Assembly: GCA_947302175.1 (NCBI GenBank)
Contig: CAMYVB010000008.1
Coordinates: 5,132-69,131, forward strand
Source: an uncultured Bacteroidales bacterium
GTDB taxonomy: Bacteria > Bacteroidota > Bacteroidia > Bacteroidales > UBA932
Direction: 5' to 3'
DNA: 64,000 nucleotides
Part shown: positions 26,813-37,352 of the stretch, one piece after another
Numbering within the stretch: the stretch's first letter is position 1
Layout of the letters: every line of letters begins with the position of its first letter
The notes under the pieces: model-generated
What the model was told of the DNA's origin: nothing
The model's input: only the letters and a program-made list of their open reading frames with translations
The model's database searches: none
Translations under genes and position numbers: made by a program

Positions 26813-29800
26813 ATGAGAAAAATTGTATCAGCCCTTCTTCTCATCCTGATACCTCTTGCCGCTTTCTCCCAGACGAAAACGGTCAAGGGAGTCGTCTATG
26901 AGGAGGAGACGGGGCAGACCCTCCCCGCCGCTACGGTTTCCATCGTGGGCTCCACGAGGGGCGTAATCGCCGACCTCGACGGCGCCTTCGAAATCTCGGG
27001 AGTCAAGCCCACGGACAAGCTTCGCGTCGAATTCTCCGGCAAGGAGCCCCAGATTATCGAGGTGGGCAGCGGCAACAATTTCGTAGTCAAGCTGAAGGAC
27101 CAGGCCAACGAGCTTGATGAAGTGACTATCGTGGCCTTCGGTAAGCAGAAGAAGGAGAGCGTCATCGGCTCCATCACGACCGTCGACGTGACCAACCTCA
27201 AGGTCCCTTCTTCGAACCTCACGACTTCGCTTGCCGGTAACGTCGCGGGTATCATAGCATACCAGCGAAGCGGCGAGCCCGGCCAGGACAACGCCGACTT
27301 CTTCGTCCGAGGCATCACGACCTTCGGCGCCAACACGAGCCCCCTCATCCTTATCGATAACATCGAGCTCACGACGACCGACCTCGCCCGCCTCCAGCCC
27401 GACGACATCGAGAGCTTCTCCATCATGAAGGATGCCACCGCCACAGCCCTCTACGGCGCCCGCGGCGCAAACGGCGTCATCTACGTAACGACGAAGCGCG
27501 GCCAGGAAGGCCCCGCCAAGATATTCGCCCGCGTGGAGACCTCCATTTCTCAGCCCACATCGACCGTCGAGCTCGCCGACCCTGTGACCTACATGAAGTC
27601 CTTCAACGAGGCCATCTCGACCCGCGACCCCCTGGGCGAACTGATGTACACGTATGATAAGATAGAGCAGACCGGCAAGGAAGGCGCCAACCGCCTCATC
27701 TACCCTGCCAACGACTGGTACTCCATGCTCTTCAAGGACTTCTCCACCGCCTACAGGGCCAATGTGTCAGCCCGAGGCGGCGGCAAGGTCGCAACTTACT
27801 ACGTGGCCGGAGGCTTCACCGAGGACACCGGTATCCTGCGAGTCGACAAGCGCAATTCCTTCAACAACAACATCGACCAGAAGACCTACACCCTGCGCTC
27901 CAACGTCGACATCAACGTCACCAAGACGACCAAGCTCGCAGTGCGCCTCACCGGCAACTTCACAGACTACACCGGCCCCCTCAACGGCGGTGACGCCGTC
28001 TACCGCCAGGTCGTCCATTCCGACCCCGTCCTCTTCCCGGCCTACTACCCCGCCGACAAGGACCACGAGGGCATACAGCACATCATGTTCGGTAACTACA
28101 AGGACGGTTCCTACTCCAACCCCTACGCCGACATGGTGCGCGGCTACCGCGACTACCAGCGCAGCCAGATGATAGCGGCCGTGGAGCTCAACCAGGACCT
28201 CAGCTTCATCACCAAGGGCCTGAGCTTCATGACCCTTTTCAATCTGACCCGTCTTTCGAGCTACGCGGTCAACCGTTCCTTCTCCCCTTACTGGTACACG
28301 ATGGACCGCTATGACTCCTACACCGGCGAGTACCACGTGACCCGCATCAACGAGTCCGGTACCGACTACCTCCAGTACTCCGAAGGCGCCAAGACTATCA
28401 CCAATACCATGTACTCGGAGAGCCGCCTGAACTACAACCGCGAATTCGGCCGCAATGCCGTGACCGGCCTGCTGGTCCTCACAGCCCGTGAGCAGCTCAC
28501 TGCCAACGCCGGCTCCCTCCAACTCAGCCTTCCTTCGCGCAACGCAGGCCTTAGCGGCCGTTTCACCTACGGCTGGGACAAGCGCTACTTCGCCGAGTTC
28601 AACTTCGGTTACAATGGCTCCGAGCGCTTCTATAAGACCCACCGCTGGGGTTTCTTCCCCTCTGCCGGCGCCGCATGGGTCGTGAGCAACGAGCCCTGGT
28701 TCAAGAAAGCCAAGAAGGCCGTCCACAACCTCAAGTTCAGGTTCTCCTACGGTCTTGTGGGTAACGATAACATAGGCAGCTCCTCCAACCGCTTCTACTA
28801 TCTCTCTCAGATGAATATGAACAGTACGACGAGGGAAGCCTACTTCGGCGAGAACCGCGGCATCCACTACACCGGTATCGACGTCCTGCGCTACGCCAAC
28901 GAGGCCATCACCTGGGAAAAGTCCTACAAGACAAATTACGCCCTCGAGCTCGGCCTCTTCAATAAAATAGACATCATCGCCGAGTACTTCACCGAGCACC
29001 GCACCGACATCTTCATGAGCCGCGCCGACATCCCCGAGACCATGGGTCTGCAGGCCGGCATATATGCCAACATCGGTGAGGCCAAGGCCCACGGTATCGA
29101 CATCCAGGCCGACTACAAGCAGGTCTGGAGCAAGGACCTCTGGACTTCCGCCCGAGGCAACTTCACCTACTCCACGAGCCGCTATCTCGTGTACGAAGAG
29201 CCCACCTATCCCGAGGAATACCGCCAGCACGTGGGTTATTCCCTCCGCCAGAACTGGGGCTATATCGCAGAGCGCCTCTTCATCGACGATGAGGAAGCGG
29301 CCAACAGCCCTTCGCAGGCATCCTTCGGCAGCCAGTACGGCGGCGGTGATATCAAGTACACCGATGTCAACGGCGACGGCGTCATAACCGAAGCCGACCG
29401 CGTCCCTATAGGTATGCCCACTTCGCCCGAAATCATTTACGGTTTCGGCGCTTCCATGGGCTGGAAGGGCATAGACTTCTCCGTCTTCTTCCAGGGCCTT
29501 GCAAACGAGTCCTTCTGGATCGATGCGGCCAACACTGCTCCCTTCATCAATAGCACTCAGCTCCTCAAGGCCTATTCCGACTCCCACTGGAGCGAGGACA
29601 ACCGCGACATCTACGCCCTCTGGCCCCGCTACAGCGCCTATCTCAACAACAACAACGTTGTCTCCAGCACATGGTGGATGAGAGACGGCGCCTTCCTCAG
29701 GCTCAAGCAGCTTGAGCTCGGTTACACCCTGCCTTACAAGTGGACCAAGAAGGCCCGCATCGAAGGCCTGCGCTTCTACTTCCAGGGCAACAACCTGCTC

Positions 29801-29905
29801 TGCTGGTCTCGCTTCAAGCTCTGGGATCCCGAGCTTGCCGGCGAAGGCCTCAACTATCCTATCCAGAGGACCTTCAACATAGGTCTCCACGTAACGTTCA
29901 AATAG
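26813..29905 (+). CDS. susC: SusC/RagA-family TonB-dependent transporter
   Basis: EVTIVAFG, DIESFSIMKDATATALYGARGANGVIYVTTK and WDPE...YP motifs. Confidence 0.95.
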   Translation: MRKIVSALLLILIPLAAFSQTKTVKGVVYEEETGQTLPAATVSIVGSTRGVIADLDGAFEISGVKPTDKLRVEFSGKEPQIIEVGSGNNFVVKLKDQANELDEVTIVAFGKQKKESVIGSITTVDVTNLKVPSSNLTTSLAGNVAGIIAYQRSGEPGQDNADFFVRGITTFGANTSPLILIDNIELTTTDLARLQPDDIESFSIMKDATATALYGARGANGVIYVTTKRGQEGPAKIFARVETSISQPTSTVELADPVTYMKSFNEAISTRDPLGELMYTYDKIEQTGKEGANRLIYPANDWYSMLFKDFSTAYRANVSARGGGKVATYYVAGGFTEDTGILRVDKRNSFNNNIDQKTYTLRSNVDINVTKTTKLAVRLTGNFTDYTGPLNGGDAVYRQVVHSDPVLFPAYYPADKDHEGIQHIMFGNYKDGSYSNPYADMVRGYRDYQRSQMIAAVELNQDLSFITKGLSFMTLFNLTRLSSYAVNRSFSPYWYTMDRYDSYTGEYHVTRINESGTDYLQYSEGAKTITNTMYSESRLNYNREFGRNAVTGLLVLTAREQLTANAGSLQLSLPSRNAGLSGRFTYGWDKRYFAEFNFGYNGSERFYKTHRWGFFPSAGAAWVVSNEPWFKKAKKAVHNLKFRFSYGLVGNDNIGSSSNRFYYLSQMNMNSTTREAYFGENRGIHYTGIDVLRYANEAITWEKSYKTNYALELGLFNKIDIIAEYFTEHRTDIFMSRADIPETMGLQAGIYANIGEAKAHGIDIQADYKQVWSKDLWTSARGNFTYSTSRYLVYEEPTYPEEYRQHVGYSLRQNWGYIAERLFIDDEEAANSPSQASFGSQYGGGDIKYTDVNGDGVITEADRVPIGMPTSPEIIYGFGASMGWKGIDFSVFFQGLANESFWIDAANTAPFINSTQLLKAYSDSHWSEDNRDIYALWPRYSAYLNNNNVVSSTWWMRDGAFLRLKQLELGYTLPYKWTKKARIEGLRFYFQGNNLLCWSRFKLWDPELAGEGLNYPIQRTFNIGLHVTFK

Positions 29906-29917
29906 GAGGCTTCAGCT

Positions 29918-31873
29918 ATGAAAAAGATATTCAAATCCATAATCAATGTCGCCGCAGTCGCAGCCCTCAGCCTGGGCTCCGTCGCTTGCGACAAGTATCT
30001 TGACGTCGTTCCCGACGACGGTATCGCCACCATGGAGATGGCGTTCAACCTCCGTTCGTCTGCCATACGCTACCTCGCCACCTGCTACTCCTACATGCCG
30101 CTCGACGGCGCCCCCGCCGGCGACAGCGCGTTCCTTACAGGCGACGAGCTTTGGGACCTCGTGGGCCGCATAGTTTCCAATACCAGCGCCCGCGTGCCCA
30201 ACACCTATTTCCAGATAGCACGCGGCTTCCAGAGTGCATCCAACGTCAGGGCCAACGACTGGGCCGCGATGTACCAGGGCATTCGCTGCTGCGACATCCT
30301 CTGCGATAACATCGAGCGTGTCCCCGACATGACCCGTAGCGAAAAGGACAAATGGAAAGCAGAGGCCACCTTCCTCAAGGCCTACTACCACTTCCATCTC
30401 ATCCGCAAGTGGGGTCCCGTCCCCGTGATTCGCGAGAGCCTGCCCATGGACGCCGATGTAGAGACGGTGCGCGTCTATCGCGAACCCATCGACACCTGTT
30501 TCAATTTCGTCCTTGAGCTCCTCGACGAGGCCATGCCCAATCTCCCTATAGAGAACGAGTCCACAGACGAATACGGCCGCATCAACCGCACCATATGCGC
30601 AGCCTTCAAAGCCAAGGTCGCCGTTTTCGCCGCCAGCCCCCTGTTTAACGGCAACGAAGAGGAAGCCACTCTCGTGGACAAGAGAGGAGTAGCCCTCTTC
30701 CCCCAGAAGACTCCCGAGCAGAAACTCGAGCGCTGGACCTATGCCGTGCAAGCCTGCAAGGAGGCGATAGACATATGCAAGGAGGCGAACATACGCCTTT
30801 ACGACGTCGACAACGGCATAGCTTCCAACTACGTTATGGTGGACACTCTGAAGCGCACCCTTACGCTTCGCAGCGCCATGAACCAGCGCTGGACTAGCGA
30901 GCTCATATGGGGCAATACCCAGACAGGCAGCCAGCTTACTAACTTCCAGTGGTGGACCATGCCCAATATGACGGATTACAGCCATACCACCTGGGGCTAC
31001 CGCTTCATAGGCGTTCCACTGAAGATAGTTGACAGCTTCTATACCCGCAATGGACTCCCCACCAACAACGACCTCGAGTGGGAAGGCGCCAATCTCATGG
31101 AGCTGATCCAGCCTCCTGTAGACCATTCTTACTACCTCCAGCCCGATTACACGACCGTGCGCATGAACATGAACCGTGAGCCCCGCTTCTACTCCTTCCT
31201 CGGATTCGATGGCGGCAAGTGGATGGCCATGCTCGGCAGCTACAACAATCTCCTTCCTGAATCCATCTACCACGTCGAGTGCCGCAACGGCGGTGCCCTC
31301 GGTAAGTCCGGCAGCGAGGTAGGCCCCGTCACGGGATATTTCCCCAAGAAGCTCTATCCCATACAGTGCCGTGTGACCGGCCAGAACGCCGGTTCCACCT
31401 ACTGGTATCCCTGGCCCATCATACGCCTGGCCGACCTCTACCTCCTCTATGCGGAAGCCATCAACGAGGCAGAAGGCCCCAACGGCGCCCACAAGGACGA
31501 CCTGTTCTTCTATCTCAATGAGGTCCGCAAGAGGGCCGGCATCCCCGATGTCAAGACCGCATGGGACGCATTGAGCAACAACCCCGGCTACTACAACACC
31601 CAGTACGGCATGCGTGATATAATCCACACCGAGCGCCAGAACGAGCTCTGCTTCGAGAGTCAGCGCTACTGGGACATACGCCGCTGGAAAGAGGCCGCCC
31701 TGGAGTATCAGAAGGGCATATACGGTTTCACCGTGGTAGGCTCCAATCCTGAAGACTACTACGCACGCAGGCTCATTGCAGCCCAGACCTTCGGTCTTAA
31801 GGACTACTTCTGGCCCATCTACACCTACTATCTCGAGCGTAACCCCAACCTCGTGCAGAACCTCGGATGGTAA
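29918..31873 (+). CDS. susD: SusD/RagB-family lipoprotein
   Basis: SVAC lipobox; EPRFY, IIRLADLYLLYAEA, ERQNELCFESQRYWDIRRW and QNLGW motifs. Confidence 0.93.
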   Translation: MKKIFKSIINVAAVAALSLGSVACDKYLDVVPDDGIATMEMAFNLRSSAIRYLATCYSYMPLDGAPAGDSAFLTGDELWDLVGRIVSNTSARVPNTYFQIARGFQSASNVRANDWAAMYQGIRCCDILCDNIERVPDMTRSEKDKWKAEATFLKAYYHFHLIRKWGPVPVIRESLPMDADVETVRVYREPIDTCFNFVLELLDEAMPNLPIENESTDEYGRINRTICAAFKAKVAVFAASPLFNGNEEEATLVDKRGVALFPQKTPEQKLERWTYAVQACKEAIDICKEANIRLYDVDNGIASNYVMVDTLKRTLTLRSAMNQRWTSELIWGNTQTGSQLTNFQWWTMPNMTDYSHTTWGYRFIGVPLKIVDSFYTRNGLPTNNDLEWEGANLMELIQPPVDHSYYLQPDYTTVRMNMNREPRFYSFLGFDGGKWMAMLGSYNNLLPESIYHVECRNGGALGKSGSEVGPVTGYFPKKLYPIQCRVTGQNAGSTYWYPWPIIRLADLYLLYAEAINEAEGPNGAHKDDLFFYLNEVRKRAGIPDVKTAWDALSNNPGYYNTQYGMRDIIHTERQNELCFESQRYWDIRRWKEAALEYQKGIYGFTVVGSNPEDYYARRLIAAQTFGLKDYFWPIYTYYLERNPNLVQNLGW

Positions 31874-31891
31874 CTAAACAGTGAAGACATC

Positions 31892-33217
31892 ATGAAAAAG
31901 ATAATTCCTTTCATCCTTCTTTCCGCCCTTGTCCTGGCTTCGTGCTCGGAGGAGCTTGGCGGCCGCATAGACCAGAAAGCCGATGTCCCTGTCCCCGGGA
32001 ATGTGGTAGTGAGCAGCGTTCGCAGCATCGCCGGCGGCGCCGTGATCAAGGTTACCATTCCTGACGACGAATACCTCAAGGGCATAGTTGCCGAATACGA
32101 GCGCAACGGCGTGCTGGTCAATACCAAGATTTCCCGCTATGTCGATAGCCTGACAGTAGAAGGCTTCCCCGATACCGCTCCGCGCAAGATATCCCTCTAT
32201 TCTTTCAATGTCAATGAGGAGCGTTCCGAAGGCGTGGATATAACTATCAACCCCCTCACTCCTGCAATCCAGTCTGTCCGTCCTACCATGATCGGGTCGT
32301 TCGGCGGAGTGAAGGTAAGGGTCGAGGGCAATGAGTCCCGTTCCGACCTTGCGCTTTGCATACTTCGCGACCCCAACCCTGCCAACTATGGCAAGGATCC
32401 TTCGCAGATGCATCTTACCGAGGTGACAACCCTCTTTACTTCTTCCAATGACATAGCCATTTCGCGAAGGGGTATAGAGCCGGTCGAAGCGCTTTTCGGC
32501 CTCTATGTCCGCGATCACTGGGGCAATATTTCCGACACGACTTTCTGCGTGCTCACTCCTCTGCTGGAGGTCCAGCTCGACACGGTGCTCCGCTTCAGCG
32601 ACGCCCACATTGCTGACGACAATTGCCCTTCTCAGAACTCTTCCAACTATCCCGTGAGCTCCCTTTGGGATGGCTCAGGCCTTAGCCAGGTGCCTTACTT
32701 CTTCGCTTCAGATCCAAACAATCCCAGCCCATGCTGGCTCACGATTGACCTTGGCCTCGGCCAAAAGACAGCATCGCTGAGTCGCGTATCCACCCTTCCC
32801 CGAATTGGTTACGTGATTTACGGCGGTGGCGCTGTGCGCGATTATGAGTTCTGGGGACACCTCGGCGAGCTCCAGGATGATGGCACTTACGGCAAGCCTT
32901 CCGGCAAGGTGGTTCCCGAGAATGAACACGGATTCGACGACGGATGGTTCTGCCTCGGCAAGTTCACCCAGGCTAAGCCTTCCGGCTATCTGGACAACGG
33001 TCTCCCCGGCACCATCACTTCCGAAGACTCAGAGGTGTACAATGCCGGCAACGACTTCGAGTTCGACCCCGACCAGTATCCTCTCTGCAATGAGCCCCTG
33101 CGTTATTTCCGCGTGGTCTTTGCGAATACTTTCAGTACATTCGAATACGGTCACAACACTTCCAACCGCCAGGTCCAGACCGGTGAGGTGACCCCGTTCG
33201 GCAAAATAAACGAATAA
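31892..33217 (+). CDS. PUL accessory lipoprotein (DUF4959/DUF5000-like)
   Basis: LASC lipobox; IAGGAVI, VRDHWGN, LWDG, TIDLG and YEFWG patterns; follows susD. Confidence 0.7.
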   Translation: MKKIIPFILLSALVLASCSEELGGRIDQKADVPVPGNVVVSSVRSIAGGAVIKVTIPDDEYLKGIVAEYERNGVLVNTKISRYVDSLTVEGFPDTAPRKISLYSFNVNEERSEGVDITINPLTPAIQSVRPTMIGSFGGVKVRVEGNESRSDLALCILRDPNPANYGKDPSQMHLTEVTTLFTSSNDIAISRRGIEPVEALFGLYVRDHWGNISDTTFCVLTPLLEVQLDTVLRFSDAHIADDNCPSQNSSNYPVSSLWDGSGLSQVPYFFASDPNNPSPCWLTIDLGLGQKTASLSRVSTLPRIGYVIYGGGAVRDYEFWGHLGELQDDGTYGKPSGKVVPENEHGFDDGWFCLGKFTQAKPSGYLDNGLPGTITSEDSEVYNAGNDFEFDPDQYPLCNEPLRYFRVVFANTFSTFEYGHNTSNRQVQTGEVTPFGKINE

Positions 33218-33226
33218 GGAGGAGAA

Positions 33227-34405
33227 ATGATGAAAAAGATAACAATAGTCATCTGCACCCTCGCCGCCCTCGTCTCTTGCGGCAAGCAGGACACCATTTA
33301 CAAGCAGTGGGTCAAGGAAGGCGGATATGTTTATCCCGCCAAGCCCATAGAACTCACTGCCACCTCCGGCTACCAGAGGATAATCCTCGAATGGATGGCT
33401 CCGATGGATCCTTCCATTCGCACCACAAAACTATATTGGGACAACTATACCGACTCCCTTGAGTTCTCTTATTCCGACTATAAAGACGGATTCCTTTCTA
33501 CCCAGGTGAAGAATCTGGACGACCGCTCCTACACCTTCGATGTCGTGAACTTCGACGCCAAGGGCAATCGCAGCCTTGCCGCGGAAATCACCACTACGCC
33601 TTTTGGCGAGAGCTGGCTTCTATCGCATGCCGAGCGCACCCTTATGAGCGCCATGATGGTGGGCGACGATGCCGTTGTCACCATGAGCAAGTCAACCGAC
33701 GAAATGGTGGCCACCAAGTTCCGCTACAAAACAGCCGACGGTCAGACAGTCGAGAGTGATTACCTCAAGCCCGGCGAGACCGAAATCCATCTTCCCGGTG
33801 CCCTCAAGGGCAAGAAGATAGAGTACAAGTCCGCTTTCCTCACCTCCGGCGGCACGGATACCGTCTGGTTCTTGAGTTGGCAGAAATCTCCCAATCCGCT
33901 CTATTATGTGCCCGAAGTCTCCACATGGTCGGTTGAGGCCACCAAGGGTCAGGTCTATGCCACCTATACTCCGGACAAGATATTCGACGGTGAGATCTCC
34001 ACCACGGCACGCTGGCATGCCGCCAGAACCCCTGCCACCGCCGCGAAGAAATTCCCCAAGGTCCTTGCCATCGATACAGGCGATGATAGCGGCAACTTCT
34101 CTTTCAACCATTTCATCTTCCACCAGAATCCTGCCGGTCAGACCTACCACTACATCCGTGAGGTCTATGTCTATGTCGGCGACACGCCTTTCGACCCGGA
34201 CGATGCGGATCCCCTTGCCAATTTCGGCACTCCTGCGGGGTATCAGGTATTCCTCAGGCCAGACAACGATCCGGTCATGGAATTCCGGCCCAATGTGAAG
34301 GGACGCTACATCGCCATCGTTTTCACGAATTCCTATAGCGGCTCCGGTTATATTGACCTATGGGAACTCTCTCCTTATGGTTACGTACCTTCCGACGTCG
34401 AATAG
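33227..34405 (+). CDS. PUL accessory lipoprotein (DUF4998-like N-terminus, discoidin-like C-terminus)
   Basis: LVSC lipobox; SGYQRI and D..GNRS motifs; IFDG...W...IDTG...GRYI pattern. Confidence 0.65.
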   Translation: MMKKITIVICTLAALVSCGKQDTIYKQWVKEGGYVYPAKPIELTATSGYQRIILEWMAPMDPSIRTTKLYWDNYTDSLEFSYSDYKDGFLSTQVKNLDDRSYTFDVVNFDAKGNRSLAAEITTTPFGESWLLSHAERTLMSAMMVGDDAVVTMSKSTDEMVATKFRYKTADGQTVESDYLKPGETEIHLPGALKGKKIEYKSAFLTSGGTDTVWFLSWQKSPNPLYYVPEVSTWSVEATKGQVYATYTPDKIFDGEISTTARWHAARTPATAAKKFPKVLAIDTGDDSGNFSFNHFIFHQNPAGQTYHYIREVYVYVGDTPFDPDDADPLANFGTPAGYQVFLRPDNDPVMEFRPNVKGRYIAIVFTNSYSGSGYIDLWELSPYGYVPSDVE

Positions 34406-34410
34406 TAACG

Positions 34411-37338
34411 ATGTGTAAAGTGAGTATCATAGCTTTTTTAACTGCGGCCTCGGCCGCAGTTCTTTCATGTGCCCCCAGGGAAATCATTCCTGAGAGCCAT
34501 GCCGTTCAAATAGAATTCATCTCCGATGCTCCCGCAACGAGGACTGCGTTCACTTCTCCTTCAGAAGGTAAGTACCCCGTAGTGTGGCAGGAGGGCGACG
34601 AGGCGCAGCTGCTCGTCAACGGCTCCCTCCCCTCCGGAGGCGTTTCGGTCCTGAAGGCCGTTCCTTCCGCTGACGGTTCTAACGCTTCGTTCTCTGGCAG
34701 CGTCGTTACTACGGAAGCTGCGCCATACACCTTTACGCTTATCAGCCCTTCGATAGCTTTCAAGGAAAGCGCCTCCGGAAAGGTTCGCATAGAAATCCCC
34801 GGGGAGCAGCGCAGCACATCTGCCTCGCCTGATCCCTTCTCGATGGTCCTTCGCGCCCTCTGCGGCCCTTATGAGCAGATTCCTGCCAAGGCCCGGGTGT
34901 CGTTTTCCCATGTGACCGCTTATCTTCACCTTACGATTACCGGCACACGCGGTGAGCCTGTCTCGGCCACCCTTTCATGCGGCAAGCCCCTTGCGGGAGT
35001 TTTTGCGCTAGACCCCACTTCCGGAGCCCTCACTCCTGCCGATTCCAAGGGCAGCGTCAAGGTCCTCCTGCAGGGAAATAATGAGTTTTTCGCCTCGGTC
35101 GCTCCTTGTGACCTCTCGCAAACGGATCTTACGATTAATGTAGTAACTACTGCCGCCACCTACGAGAAGACCATCACTTTCCCTTCGGGAAGGAATCTCG
35201 CGAGCGGAGCCGTCGCTTCTTTTGCAGTCGATATGAGCGGCTCCCAGCAGGGTAAATCAAGCCTTTTCGACGAGAGCAAAATAGTCCTTTCTTTTGCCGC
35301 AATTACCGATACCCACATAGACGGAGTCAGCACTGACGCAGGCAACAAGCTTTCGCAGGCTCTAAGTCAGCTCAATGCAAAGGCTTCGGAGAAGGATGCG
35401 AACGGATTGGGCATGGTGGTAGTTGCCGGTGACCTTACTGACACCCCTTCGCAGAGCAGTACCCAGATGGGCTATTTCAAGACCATCTATGAGGCTGTTT
35501 TCGACCCCGAGAAGGTCCCCATGATATACACCGTTGGTAACCACGATGTCAATCCCGGCTACAGGTGGAGCACGAGCACTGTCTCTCAGGCGAGGGTGTT
35601 CGACACCGTCCTTGGCGACAAATACTTTAAAACGGACACTGACAATACTGCCCGCGTGAACATGGAGTGCCGCGATTGCCTCGTCGGAGGCTACCACGTG
35701 CTCTGCGTTACACCCAACGGCAACTGCCCTGTATCCTACGACGCCTCTGTCATTAGCTGGCTAGACGAAAGGCTCAAAGCCATCACCGAGGCCGAGCCCG
35801 AGAAGTTCGTATTCGTCAACACCCATCCCATGATAGACGGGACAGTGTACGGCAGCCTTCTCGGCACTCCTTCCGGAGTTGCCATAAGCGATATCTGGGA
35901 GTCATCCGCAGGTGATTACTGGTCCACGAGGGCCCTTACGCCCGTGCTCTCTAAATATCTCCAGGCGGTCACCTTCGGCGGTCACCTCCATTTCCCGCTG
36001 CATGACCCCAGGTCCATATGGCAGGGAGATTTCACTGCTTTCGGATGCGGTTCCACCCGCTATATGGCCGTAGAGAACGGCAAATACGAGAATATGCAGA
36101 GTGCGACTGTAATGTCAGACAGCTACAGGGTCTCGGACGGCTGGCTCATCCAGATGGACGAGAACGGCAATATGAGGGCCACGGCCATGGACTTTTCCAA
36201 CCGTTCTCCCATAGGCTCACCCTATGAAATATCATACCCCGTCTCTGACAAGTCTCATCTTGCAGCATACAATAATGAGCTGAGAGCTCTGAAAAACCAC
36301 GCCCCCGAGTTCGATGCTGCGGGTCTTCAGGTGGAGACCACTCAGGTGGGTATTTCCACCAAAGTCGTCTTCAAGTGGAATTCCGCTTCCGATGACGAGT
36401 TCGTCCACCACTATATCCTCACGCTGACAAAAGACGGCCAGACTGTTCTGCGGAATAAGTATATGACCGACTTCTATCGACATCCAAACCCTTCAGGAAT
36501 GAAGAAGGAATGGAGTGTCGAGGCAGGGTTCCTCTCGTCCGGGACCTACGTCGCCACTCTCCTGGCCGAAGATTCCTGGGGCGCTGCGGTAAGTCTTGCA
36601 AAGACTTTCACCATCGAAAACAGCGGCCCTCTCACCCCCGAAGTATATGCTGACTTCAGCTTCTCTTCCTCTGCCTCAGATACCAAGGGCAAGGTAAGCG
36701 TGACCAACCACGGCGCCTCATTCTCTTCGATGACGATGAATTATAAGGGACAAAGCCGCACCTTCAATGCCTTGCTCGCAGGAGCGGACAAATATGTCCT
36801 CTGCCAGTTCAACGAGATTGCGACTACAGACGAGATGTCAGCTTTCATGAGCGGAGGATTTGCCGTGGAGGCCATCTTTGTCGACCGAGCACCCGGCAAG
36901 GGAAGCGCTTCAGTCCACGGCATAGTCTGCGGCACGCAGGCCGGAGGCTGGGGCCTTGCCACCAGGGCCACGGGAGTCCCGTATTTCATCATAGGCCAAA
37001 GCTCATACAATACCTACAAGTCCGTAGATGCTGCCTCGGCAATCTCGAGCAGCAATCTCAGCCACGTTTTCTGTGTCTATGACCCTTCCGCGGGCAAGAT
37101 ACTTATCTACGTGAACGGCGCCCTGAGTGCATACACGGCCGTCCCCGGTTCCTATTTCAACGGCGCAGGCGACTGCTTCAACCGCTTCTGCCTCGGAGCC
37201 GACATCGCTCCCGGAGGCGTGGGGACCGACTTCCTTTGCACCGACGTTGTCATAGGCGCAGCGCGCCTATGGATTGGCGCTCCCGATGCAGCAGCCGTCA
37301 AGGCAGCTTACGACGCTTCTGAATCATTGCTAAAATAA
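34411..37338 (+). CDS. Lipoprotein: fimbrillin-like N-domain, calcineurin-like metallophosphoesterase, C-terminal LamG/ConA-like domain
   Basis: VLSC lipobox from ATG 34411; ATRTAF...WQEGD; metallophosphoesterase motifs TDTH, AGDLTD, GNHD, THP and GHLH; HVFCVYD...IYVNG. Confidence 0.82.
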   Translation: MCKVSIIAFLTAASAAVLSCAPREIIPESHAVQIEFISDAPATRTAFTSPSEGKYPVVWQEGDEAQLLVNGSLPSGGVSVLKAVPSADGSNASFSGSVVTTEAAPYTFTLISPSIAFKESASGKVRIEIPGEQRSTSASPDPFSMVLRALCGPYEQIPAKARVSFSHVTAYLHLTITGTRGEPVSATLSCGKPLAGVFALDPTSGALTPADSKGSVKVLLQGNNEFFASVAPCDLSQTDLTINVVTTAATYEKTITFPSGRNLASGAVASFAVDMSGSQQGKSSLFDESKIVLSFAAITDTHIDGVSTDAGNKLSQALSQLNAKASEKDANGLGMVVVAGDLTDTPSQSSTQMGYFKTIYEAVFDPEKVPMIYTVGNHDVNPGYRWSTSTVSQARVFDTVLGDKYFKTDTDNTARVNMECRDCLVGGYHVLCVTPNGNCPVSYDASVISWLDERLKAITEAEPEKFVFVNTHPMIDGTVYGSLLGTPSGVAISDIWESSAGDYWSTRALTPVLSKYLQAVTFGGHLHFPLHDPRSIWQGDFTAFGCGSTRYMAVENGKYENMQSATVMSDSYRVSDGWLIQMDENGNMRATAMDFSNRSPIGSPYEISYPVSDKSHLAAYNNELRALKNHAPEFDAAGLQVETTQVGISTKVVFKWNSASDDEFVHHYILTLTKDGQTVLRNKYMTDFYRHPNPSGMKKEWSVEAGFLSSGTYVATLLAEDSWGAAVSLAKTFTIENSGPLTPEVYADFSFSSSASDTKGKVSVTNHGASFSSMTMNYKGQSRTFNALLAGADKYVLCQFNEIATTDEMSAFMSGGFAVEAIFVDRAPGKGSASVHGIVCGTQAGGWGLATRATGVPYFIIGQSSYNTYKSVDAASAISSSNLSHVFCVYDPSAGKILIYVNGALSAYTAVPGSYFNGAGDCFNRFCLGADIAPGGVGTDFLCTDVVIGAARLWIGAPDAAAVKAAYDASESLLK

Positions 37339-37352
37339 TAACCGATACCCTC

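Noticed and set aside
27767-29890. 707-aa antisense ORF opposite susC 2, and similar long antisense ORFs (10937-12640, 13148-14845, 29912-31627, 45604-47088, 48846-50228, 58258-60300)
   Set aside because: Shadow ORFs expected from strong C-ending codon bias of the real genes; V/E/G/A-rich translations with no recognisable motifs
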